Source of the DNA: Firmicutes bacterium UBA4882
GTDB taxonomy: Bacteria > Bacillota > UBA4882
Assembly (NCBI GenBank): GCA_002399265.1
Contig: DHDG01000031.1
Span: 1 to 63,730, forward strand
Reading direction: 5' to 3'
Length of the DNA: 63,730 nt
In this document: positions 1 through 7,400 of the stretch, piece after piece
How positions within the stretch are numbered: position 1 is the first letter of the stretch
Layout of the letters: every line of letters starts with the position of its first letter
The notes under the pieces: generated by a model
Databases searched by the model: none
Seen by the model: only the letters and a program-made list of their open reading frames with translations
What the model was told of the DNA's origin: nothing
Position numbers and translations under genes: made by a program

Positions 1-287
1 GCTTTGAAAAGGATCTCAAGCCGGGTGGCTACTTGGTTTATAACTCTTCGATGGGCGATTTCAAAAAGCGCAGAGACGATATCGAGTATATCGGTCTGGC
101 AGCTAATGACATGGCTAACGAGCTGGGTAACAGCAAAGTTGGCAATATCATCATCCTGGGTGCCGTTTCTCAGAAACTGCCCCTCAAAGAGGAGTCCTAT
201 CGCTTGGCGATGGAAGATGCCCTGCATCGTCCGGAGCTCATGCCCCTCAACCTGAAGGCATTCAAAATGGGTAGGGAGCATAAGTAG
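1..287 (+). CDS. 2-oxoacid:ferredoxin oxidoreductase gamma subunit, C-terminal fragment (5' end lies outside the window)
   Basis: Frame 3 is open from the window edge. The sequence LKPGGYLVYNSS...ANELGNSKVGNIIILGA resembles gamma subunits of pyruvate/2-ketoisovalerate-type oxidoreductases. Stop TAG at 285-287. Confidence 0.6.
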   Translation, partial: FEKDLKPGGYLVYNSSMGDFKKRRDDIEYIGLAANDMANELGNSKVGNIIILGAVSQKLPLKEESYRLAMEDALHRPELMPLNLKAFKMGREHK

Positions 288-292
288 GACAG

Positions 293-319
293 GGAAGTAA
301 GGCAAGTAAGGCAAGTAAG
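293..319. repeat. Three tandem copies of a 9-mer (GGAAGTAAG, GCAAGTAAG, GCAAGTAAG)
   Basis: Read directly from the sequence, immediately 3' of the stop codon. A G-run tract and a GC hairpin follow. Confidence 0.8.
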
Positions 320-419
320 GGTAGAGGGGTTAGGGGTCAGGGCCCAGGGGCCCTGGTGTCGAATAGATAAGAAGCAAGCTATGATTTGCGCCTACCCTTA
401 CAGGAGTGCTGAAAGAGAA

Positions 420-463
420 AAGACCAGATGGAAGTGTGTTTTGCTTCCATTTGGTCTTTTTGG
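420..463 (+). terminator. Intrinsic terminator hairpin, possibly bidirectional
   Basis: AAGACCAGATGGAAG, a 9-nt loop, then CTTCCATTTGGTCTT followed by TTTTGG. There is one G-U pair on the + strand. The hairpin lies between convergent genes. Confidence 0.7.
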
Positions 464-512
464 TATGGTATGGCGCGATGAATGCTGGCGTCGATCGCCT
501 TCTTGACATCAA

Positions 513-1400
513 TCAGGATTCCAGTGCCTTCGCAACCGGAGCCATGGTTGGAGTCAAATTGCGGTATAGCATGCTGTTAAAGTACAATGCAAATCCACCG
601 AGCAACAGAAATGAACCTGCTTTTGTAATAAGCATAGGCAAAGTTGCTTCATATCCGGATAGTATCTGAAAGATTGTCTGTGTAATCATCATGATGCCAA
701 CAATGATACAAGCTTTTAGTAATGAGGCTAATATGATGATTCCCAGCTTGTCTTTTTTCTTTAACAAATGCAAACACACAAGACACAATGGTCCAATAAT
801 GCCTATGTCTAAAACATTTGTTACTGAAGTTGTGTATACTTCAATCAGTGGATGTGTTGTATTTGAAATAACTGTTTGGATAATTTCAGGCATCCAAGCA
901 ACAATTAATGCAACACCTGTTAAGATCAGAAATACCTTAATGCCCTTTTTGGGATTATAATTTAGTTCTTCGCTTTTTATTTTACGCATAATAGAAAAGA
1001 GCCCGAAGAGAGTACATGTGAAAAGTCCAATGTATAATAAATGATATTGATTGTAAGTAACGCCAAAGGAGAGACTTGCCGCATAATAGAAGGCTACGGA
1101 ATATACGGACATGAGCTTAAGCTTTGTACTATTGTTAGATCCTTTTGCGTTCTGAAAATATGTATATATAAACAGAGGTACAAAGATAAATAGAATCATA
1201 AAATCAGTTCCTATAAAAATAGGAGCTGCAAAGTATGAGTCATGCGCATAAATTCCATTACCATACATTTTTACCATATCGCCATATTGATTTGCTACTT
1301 CATAGCTTTTCGAGAAATCCGATGATAGTACTCCTGTTGCCGATATGACAATCAAAAGTGCAATGATAACTATTGATAAAACATCTTTTTCCTTTTCCAT
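513..1400 (-). CDS. Hypothetical polytopic membrane protein on an AT-rich island
   Basis: 295-aa ORF with about 8 hydrophobic segments. The SD AAGAAAGGATGG lies upstream of the ATG. GC content is far below that of the neighbours. I recognise no family motif. Confidence 0.75.
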   Translation of the reverse strand: MEKEKDVLSIVIIALLIVISATGVLSSDFSKSYEVANQYGDMVKMYGNGIYAHDSYFAAPIFIGTDFMILFIFVPLFIYTYFQNAKGSNNSTKLKLMSVYSVAFYYAASLSFGVTYNQYHLLYIGLFTCTLFGLFSIMRKIKSEELNYNPKKGIKVFLILTGVALIVAWMPEIIQTVISNTTHPLIEVYTTSVTNVLDIGIIGPLCLVCLHLLKKKDKLGIIILASLLKACIIVGIMMITQTIFQILSGYEATLPMLITKAGSFLLLGGFALYFNSMLYRNLTPTMAPVAKALES

Positions 1401-1486
1401 TATAATTCCATCCTTTCTTGCGCCGCCACACAGGTTCCGCGCGTCCCTAGACCAATCCGAAATACTTCCTTATTCAACATTCCCAT

Positions 1487-1515
1487 ATTATAACATGCAG
1501 CTCTAAATATTGAAA
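1487..1515 (-). promoter_or_regulatory. Candidate sigma-A promoter with extended -10 for the membrane protein gene
   Basis: On the minus strand: TTTCAA, 17 nt, TATAAT, with TG at the extended -10 position (TGTTATAAT). About 85 nt upstream of the ATG. Confidence 0.45.
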
Positions 1516-1567
1516 GAAGCTGAGGTTCGAATACACAGGCGCCGGTGCATTATGAACTCGACAAACA

Positions 1568-1604
1568 CAGAAAAAGGCATGGTCGCCATAATGGCAACCA
1601 TGCC
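1568..1604 (-). terminator. Intrinsic terminator of asnB
   Basis: On the minus strand: GGCATGGT, a loop, ACCATGCC, then TTTTTCTGTGTTTG. It lies 29 nt after the asnB stop. Confidence 0.7.
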
Positions 1605-1632
1605 GCGTCTTACTCACTTAGCTTTATATCTC

Positions 1633-3234
1633 TCAGGAACGGCTCCGACCCACTAAGTTGCAGGCGCTGTCCTGGCCGAATTCTGATTTAAAGATCTGGT
1701 AATAGTAGAATTCCTCTTTCGAACGTACCTGAATTCCATTGGCGCGTGCGTCAGCATAATCTTTGGCCGACACGTGCCGCTCCGCAAATTCCGCCAGCAC
1801 ATCAGCTGCGCCGGTTCCTTCCGAGAATTTCTCTTTACCACGTTGGATGATTTCCTCTGGCAGCAGACAGCTGCCGCTAAATGCTTCCCGCAAACACCAT
1901 TTTGTGATTGCGCCCGTACCGGCTGCGCCGCCAATAACGGCCGCATCCGCCACACCGGCCGCATCAGCAACGCCCACTGCGCTGCCCGCCTCCGCATCCT
2001 TACGCTTAAACCACGGCGGGATGCGCATCGCCAGACCCAGCATCGCCACATCCAGGAACGGCGCCCGTCCCTGCAGCCCATGAGCCATCGTCATGCGATC
2101 CACCCGCTGCAGGCCTGATTGATGCAGCTCCGTCGTTATTTCTCGCAGCTCGCGGTGCAAATCGCCCCAATCCGTAAAGCGCTCCAGGTATTCATAACCC
2201 GCAAACAGCTCATCCGCGCCTTCGCCGATCAGCACCACCTTGACATATTCCGCCGCCATTTCGGCCAAAAAGTAGTTGGCGACCGCACTGCGTACCAGGA
2301 ATTGATCATAGGACTCCAGATAATAGACGACCTCCGGCACAATCTGCCACATGGCCCGCGGATTCATGATCAATTCGCGGTGTTTGGTGCCCAGATGCCG
2401 CGCCGCCATATGCGCAAAGCGACGATCACTGCTTCGCTCCATGCTGACACTGAAGGTCGGCAGATCCGGCACAAACTGTGCAGCGATCGCGCTAATCAGG
2501 CTGGAATCCAAACCGCCACTCAAAAAGCAGCCAAGCGGCACATCATTCGTCAGCCTCTTTTTGATCGCCTCAGCGAGCGTCTGACGGATCTGGACCAATG
2601 CTTCCTCCCAGGACAAATCAGGATCATATTCCTGCGGTAGTTGGTAGTAGGGCTGGAAGCCCTGCTGCGGAGTATAAACTGTTCCGGGCGGGAACTCTGC
2701 AATCGTCCCGTTTTTGTGATCAAACGCCTTAATTTCCGATGCATATCGGAGGCCATTGCCATTCTTGGACTTTTGATAATACAACGGCTTGACTCCCATG
2801 GGATCCCGCACGAGCACCGCCGTATCCGGCCCGCCAATGGCGAGGGCGAACATCCCATCCAGTTTTTCCAGTCCGGCAAGACCCTCCTCTTCATAGAGAT
2901 GCAGCACAGCCTCGGTATCGGTGGTAGTTCGGAACTGATGCCGGTTCTGCAACCGCCGCTTCAGCTCCCGGTAGTTATAGATTTCACCGTCCAGCGTAAC
3001 ACAGAGCGTGCCATCCTCATTGTAAATTGGCTGCCGCCCGTTCGGGGCATCATGAATGGCCAGCCTGGTATGACCTAAGCAAAAACGGTCATTTACCGAA
3101 TAACCATGACCATCCGGCCCGCGATGGCGGAGCTTTTGCATAGGCGCGCTGAGATCCGCACCTGCACCTGCATCCGCGGTGCCCGGGGAGCTCCGGGAGC
3201 CTCGAAAACCAATAAATCCGCATATACCTCCCAT
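1633..3234 (-). CDS. asnB: Asparagine synthetase, glutamine-hydrolysing (class II amidotransferase N-terminal domain plus SGGLDSS PP-loop domain)
   Basis: Motifs CGFIG...HRGPDG...GEIYNY, the SGGLDSS ATP pyrophosphatase motif, and a strong SD AAAGGAGG 6 nt upstream of the ATG. Confidence 0.9.
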   Translation of the reverse strand: MGGICGFIGFRGSRSSPGTADAGAGADLSAPMQKLRHRGPDGHGYSVNDRFCLGHTRLAIHDAPNGRQPIYNEDGTLCVTLDGEIYNYRELKRRLQNRHQFRTTTDTEAVLHLYEEEGLAGLEKLDGMFALAIGGPDTAVLVRDPMGVKPLYYQKSKNGNGLRYASEIKAFDHKNGTIAEFPPGTVYTPQQGFQPYYQLPQEYDPDLSWEEALVQIRQTLAEAIKKRLTNDVPLGCFLSGGLDSSLISAIAAQFVPDLPTFSVSMERSSDRRFAHMAARHLGTKHRELIMNPRAMWQIVPEVVYYLESYDQFLVRSAVANYFLAEMAAEYVKVVLIGEGADELFAGYEYLERFTDWGDLHRELREITTELHQSGLQRVDRMTMAHGLQGRAPFLDVAMLGLAMRIPPWFKRKDAEAGSAVGVADAAGVADAAVIGGAAGTGAITKWCLREAFSGSCLLPEEIIQRGKEKFSEGTGAADVLAEFAERHVSAKDYADARANGIQVRSKEEFYYYQIFKSEFGQDSACNLVGRSRS

Positions 3235-3512
3235 ATTTGGCCTCCTTTTCGATATTTTCGCGCGTTATTGCCTTTTTTTCGTCTTCTACACTAAATCCGC
3301 ACGCCCCTTTATTTTTTTAATATTTGAGTTGGGACTAACATATGATTTATTAACGCCCGTCCAGAAAATTCGTTCGCAAGGTTCGCCAGATTGCGGGCGG
3401 AGTCGGGAGCGGCATAAGCGCCACAGGCACCACCTCAATGCCATCCTGCCATACTACTGTAATTAATTTGGCAGGATTGGAAAGAATAGAGGGAGCTGCC
3501 AAAGTTAGCATA

Positions 3513-3534
3513 TTATATGACAAAAGTCATATAA
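3513..3534. promoter_or_regulatory. 9-4-9 inverted repeat TTATATGAC-AAAA-GTCATATAA in the asnB/SPOR divergent region
   Basis: The arms are perfect. The repeat overlaps TATAAT-like hexamers readable on both strands. Confidence 0.5.
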
Positions 3535-3547
3535 GTAAGTAAGGGGA

Positions 3548-4042
3548 GTGAGGATTGTGGAAAAGAAAGGCGTCAAGGTTGTTACCGATTTGCTGACCAA
3601 AACCGTCGGCCTCTTATTCTTCTCTTTGCTGGCGATCGGCCTGGGAGTCTTGTTTGGTGTGCTTTTTGAAGGTATGCTGCGCGAAAATCCGGATGACACG
3701 GCGCTGGTGGAATCGAATGATTCTGTGCTGCAAACCGTTCCGTTTACCGAGGACTTCGATCTTTCTGCCGCTGCGGATGAGGAAGCCCAGCCAGTGCAAG
3801 GCACATCTCAAAGCGCTTCTGCCATTGGAGTGGTTAGTAAGGTGCTGGTCGGCCCGTTTAATAGCTATCAGGAAGCGGCCGCTGCTGGCGCTCAACTGCA
3901 GAGTGAAGGCTATCCGACTTACATCTTAAGCAAAGTGCCTTATGCTGTACAGGTCGGAGCCTTTTCCAACGCGACCAATGCGGAAAACCTGAAAGCCGAA
4001 TTAATCGCCAAAGGTTACGAGGCATTCCTTAAAGTCGAATAA
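3548..4042 (+). CDS. SPOR domain-containing membrane-anchored protein
   Basis: N-terminal TM segment (LLFFSLLAIGLGVLFGVLF). The C-terminal sequence VGPFNSYQEAAAAGAQLQSEGYPTYI...VQVGAFSNATNAENLKAEL is SPOR-like. The start is more probably GTG 3557, behind the SD GGGGAG. Confidence 0.8.
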   Translation: MRIVEKKGVKVVTDLLTKTVGLLFFSLLAIGLGVLFGVLFEGMLRENPDDTALVESNDSVLQTVPFTEDFDLSAAADEEAQPVQGTSQSASAIGVVSKVLVGPFNSYQEAAAAGAQLQSEGYPTYILSKVPYAVQVGAFSNATNAENLKAELIAKGYEAFLKVE

Positions 4043-4067
4043 CAGCTAATCCCGTCAAGTCCCGGCA

Positions 4068-4110
4068 CCGCAGGCCAGTCCGCGCCATTTCGGATTGCTT
4101 GCGGTTTTTT
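4068..4110 (+). terminator. Intrinsic terminator after the SPOR gene
   Basis: CCGCAGGC, a 21-nt loop, GCTTGCGG, then TTTTTT. Confidence 0.55.
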
Positions 4111-4670
4111 GATGCGCAAACACCTGCTGGATTCCTGAGTGTTTTTTGGTCGTCGTGCAGAAATCGTAATCTTGGCGAAGGACTTTTGTTTTTCGAGGTG
4201 AATATCTACTTATCTCATGGTTGTGATGATGTGCCAGCTTTCGTAACAGCTATCTGAAACCGATTTGCTACTGGGTTTGCGGAAAGGAACGACCATCGTG
4301 AGAACAGCAGATGTTGCCGGAGAACCTCCGGACGAACATTATTTCGCAAAAAGGTATGGGGAAAACGAAGGTCTGAACCTGGATCTCAATAATGAGGTCT
4401 TGTCATCTTGCCCATCAACCAGTATACTGTATACAGCAGGTCTGATAAAAAAACCCAAAAGCCCCGAAAGTCGCATGGGCTGCGTGGGTTAGGGCAGGCC
4501 TCATTAATCATGTTTATTTATGATAATGCTCATTTAGTTGCATTTACCGGCTGACTCTGAGCGCTTAGGAGATTGTGTGCAGGGAGTTATTTTGGCCATA
4601 TCCTGGCTGGATGGAGGACCGCCTTTCAGTCAGGCTTGACAACTCAACAAATGAGAGGAGGTTGGAGGCA

Positions 4671-5183
4671 GTGTCTGCTAACTGCTGCTGTTGTTCAAAC
4701 CATCTAAACGACGACCGTTATACACGGTTGAATCAGGTTATTGCTGAATACAAAAACCAACCTGGGTCTTTGATTCCAGTATTGCACAAAACCCAGCAAA
4801 TTTTTGGCTATTTACCTGATGATGTGCAAAAATTGATCGCGGAAGGCTTGAATGTACCTCTTTCCGATGTCTACGGGGTTATTACTTTCTATTCGTTGTT
4901 CTCGCTGGAGCCCAGAGGCAAGCATACCATCGGTATTTGTATGGGCACAGCATGTTACGTCAGAGGTGCGTCCCAAGTACTGGACGCCCTGAAAAAAGAT
5001 CTGGCTATTGAAGCTGGTCAGACTTCCGGGGATGGCGTATTTACGCTAACCATCACCCGTTGTCTGGGCGCCTGCGCAATGGCCCCGGTCATGATGATTG
5101 ACGAAGACGTCTATGGCCGCTTAACGCCAGACAAAATTCCCGACATTTTGGCCAAGTATCGTCAAGCATCCAAGAATGCCTGA
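4671..5183 (+). CDS. hydC: [FeFe]-hydrogenase NuoE-like [2Fe-2S] subunit
   Basis: Thioredoxin-like 2Fe-2S fold with CMGTAC...CLGAC ligands and the motif PVLHKTQQIFGYLP. GTG 4671 lies 9 nt after the SD GAGAGGAGG. The ORF is open from 4575. Confidence 0.9.
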   Translation: MSANCCCCSNHLNDDRYTRLNQVIAEYKNQPGSLIPVLHKTQQIFGYLPDDVQKLIAEGLNVPLSDVYGVITFYSLFSLEPRGKHTIGICMGTACYVRGASQVLDALKKDLAIEAGQTSGDGVFTLTITRCLGACAMAPVMMIDEDVYGRLTPDKIPDILAKYRQASKNA

Positions 5184-5547
5184 ATTAGCTCTGCACGTGT
5201 ATGATATCGTGCAGAATTCACTGGCCGCCGCGGCCGTAATGTTATTGTGGAAATCAACGCACAACCGGATGAAGATCGTCTGACACTGTTCACAAGCCGT
5301 CATACGCGCAAGGTCGGTCTGGGACTGCCCCTGGGGGCAGCCACGCAGCGCTGCAACGGTGATTTGCTGATTGATTTCCCTCATGACATTGAGCGCTGAC
5401 GTGGTCATTATCTACCGGTATATCTTCAAAACACACAATTTTCTTCTTTCATCTTCAAACATCCGCAGACGCATTGGTGATATGCCGACCAATCATCCCG
5501 ATGTTTATTGCTTTACCCAAAATTACCTGAGTGCAAACATTTTCTGA
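5176..5547 (+). pseudogene. Decayed histidine-kinase-like ATPase (HATPase_c) gene typical of hydC-X-hydB clusters
   Basis: Three frame-shifted pieces are readable. The first is MPELALHVYDIVQNSLAAAA (5176-5283). The second is NVIVEINAQPDEDRLTL..TSRHTRKVGLGLPL...NGDLLIDF (ends at 5399). The third is ...NIRRRIGDMPTNHPDV... (5401-5547). The DxGxG segment is missing. Confidence 0.5.
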
Positions 5548-5588
5548 CTGCAGGAAGCCGTATCTTGAATGGATAGGAGGTTGCGTTA

Positions 5589-7382
5589 ATGGGTAGTTAT
5601 CGTGCGCATGCTCTTGTATGCGGCGGTGCCGGTTGTATTTCAGCCGGATGTAAAGCGGTACAGGCTGCGCTGGTCAATGAGCTTAAGCGCCAGGGTATCG
5701 AAAACGAAATTCGCGTTGTCGAAACCGGGTGCATCGGCAGCTGCGATCTTGGTCCCATTATTGTCATATATCCTGAAGGCGTATTCTATCAGAGAGTAAA
5801 ACCCGAAGATGTTCCGGAAATTGTGGCGGAGCACTTGCTCAAAGGACGGGTGGTAGAGCGCCTGCTTTGCCGCGATCCGGAAACCAATGAATTAATCCGG
5901 ACTTATGGCGAGATGAAATTCTTTAACCGTCAGGTGCGTAGAGCGCTGCGCAATGTTGGTGTAATTAGCCCTGAAAGTATTGAGGAATACATCGGCCGTG
6001 ACGGCTACAAAGCACTTGGCAAAGCGTTGTCTTCCATGAAACGCGAAGAAGTCATTGACTATGTTAAACGTTCTGGTCTGCGCGGACGCGGCGGAGCCGG
6101 TTTCCCGACCGGAATCAAATGGGAACTGGCTGCCAAATCCCCTGGCGATCAGAAATACATCCTCTGTAATGCTGACGAAGGAGATCCCGGTGCCTTTATG
6201 GACCGCAGTATCCTCGAAGGCGATCCCCACTCAATTATTGAGGCCATGGCGATTGCCGGTTATGCCATCGGTTCTAACCAAGGCTATGTTTACGTAAGAG
6301 CAGAGTACCCGTTGGCAGTTGAGCGCCTGGGTAACGCCATCAAGGACGCACGTGCTCACGGGATGCTAGGCAAAAACATTTTCAATTCGGGCTTCGATTT
6401 CGACCTGGACATCCGTGTAGGGGCGGGCGCTTTTGTTTGTGGTGAAGAAACCGCGCTCATTGCCTCCATCGAAGGAAAACGTGGTGAACCGAGGCCGCGT
6501 CCGCCGTTCCCGGCTGCTGCGGGTCTGTGGGGCAAGCCGACCAATAATAATAACGTGGAAACCTTCGCCAATATTCCTCCGATTATTCTGAACGGACCGG
6601 AGGAGTTCGCCAAGGTCGGAGCCGAAAAGAGTAAAGGCACCAAAGTATTCGCCCTGGCCGGTAATGTTGTTAATACCGGTTTGGTAGAAGTACCGATGGG
6701 TACAACCCTCCGCGAAGTAATCTTCGAACTCGGCGGAGGCATCCCCAATGGCAGAAAGTTTAAGGCGGCTCAGATCGGCGGACCTTCGGGTGCTTGTCTG
6801 ACAGAAGAGCATTTTGATCTCCCCCTCGAGTATGACGCCCTTACTAAAGCCGGCGCCATGATGGGATCCGGAGGTCTGATTGTCATGGACGATACTAAAT
6901 GTATGGTCGACGTGGCGCGTTTCTTCCTTGATTTTACCTGTGACGAATCCTGCGGAAAATGCCCGCCGTGTCGCATTGGCACCAAGAGAATGTTGGAGAT
7001 ACTCGAAAGAATTACCAATGGCGAAGGTAGAGAAGAAGACATTGATAATCTTTATGAGTTAGCCTCGATAATTAAGGCGTCCGCACTTTGTGGTCTGGGA
7101 CAGACTTCTCCGAATCCGGTTCTTTCAACGATCAAACATTTCCGGAATGAATATCTGGCGCACATCAGAGATAAGCAGTGCCCGGCAGGGGTGTGCCGTT
7201 CTCTGATGAATTACGTCATCATTCCCGAAATGTGTAAAGGATGCGGCATATGCGCGAAGCATTGTCCGTCCAATGCCATTTCTGGCGAAATCAAAAAGCC
7301 ATACGTGATTGATCCGGCGGAATGTATCCGTTGTGGTGCCTGTATGGAAAAATGTCCGTTTAAAGCCATTAGACGCGGCTAA
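5589..7382 (+). CDS. hydB: [FeFe]-hydrogenase NuoF-like NADH/FMN subunit with N-terminal 2Fe-2S and C-terminal 2x[4Fe-4S] domains
   Basis: Motifs GRGGAGFPTG (FMN), GEETALI, ESCGKCPPCRIG, and CKGCGICAKHCP / CIRCGACMEKCP. SD GGAGG upstream. Confidence 0.95.
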   Translation: MGSYRAHALVCGGAGCISAGCKAVQAALVNELKRQGIENEIRVVETGCIGSCDLGPIIVIYPEGVFYQRVKPEDVPEIVAEHLLKGRVVERLLCRDPETNELIRTYGEMKFFNRQVRRALRNVGVISPESIEEYIGRDGYKALGKALSSMKREEVIDYVKRSGLRGRGGAGFPTGIKWELAAKSPGDQKYILCNADEGDPGAFMDRSILEGDPHSIIEAMAIAGYAIGSNQGYVYVRAEYPLAVERLGNAIKDARAHGMLGKNIFNSGFDFDLDIRVGAGAFVCGEETALIASIEGKRGEPRPRPPFPAAAGLWGKPTNNNNVETFANIPPIILNGPEEFAKVGAEKSKGTKVFALAGNVVNTGLVEVPMGTTLREVIFELGGGIPNGRKFKAAQIGGPSGACLTEEHFDLPLEYDALTKAGAMMGSGGLIVMDDTKCMVDVARFFLDFTCDESCGKCPPCRIGTKRMLEILERITNGEGREEDIDNLYELASIIKASALCGLGQTSPNPVLSTIKHFRNEYLAHIRDKQCPAGVCRSLMNYVIIPEMCKGCGICAKHCPSNAISGEIKKPYVIDPAECIRCGACMEKCPFKAIRRG

Positions 7383-7400
7383 GGAAAGGAGGCAGCGATT

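Noticed and set aside
1524-1532. GGTTCGAAT, the tRNA T-loop consensus, next to the AT-rich island (a possible tRNA-fragment attachment site)
   Set aside because: The flanking bases cannot form a T-stem (CTGAG versus TACAC). No acceptor or anticodon arms can be drawn on either strand.
3421-3440. GAGGTGGTGCCTGTGGCG on the minus strand, reminiscent of the T-box GGTGGTACCGCG in the asnB leader
   Set aside because: The match is interrupted. There is no Stem I or specifier-loop architecture, no AGAGA or GNUGGA elements, and no downstream terminator with a U-tract.
4333-4346. CGAACATTATTTCG, resembling the Gram-positive LexA (Cheo) box CGAAC-N4-GTTCG
   Set aside because: It has one mismatch in the critical GTTC half. 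It lies about 340 nt from the nearest start codon, and no SOS-type gene is nearby.
4265-4492. 75-aa ORF in the long hyd upstream region
   Set aside because: It has no SD, a TTG start in poor context, and a composition unlike neighbouring genes, with no motif. I treat it as non-coding, though the region itself is flagged as a finding.
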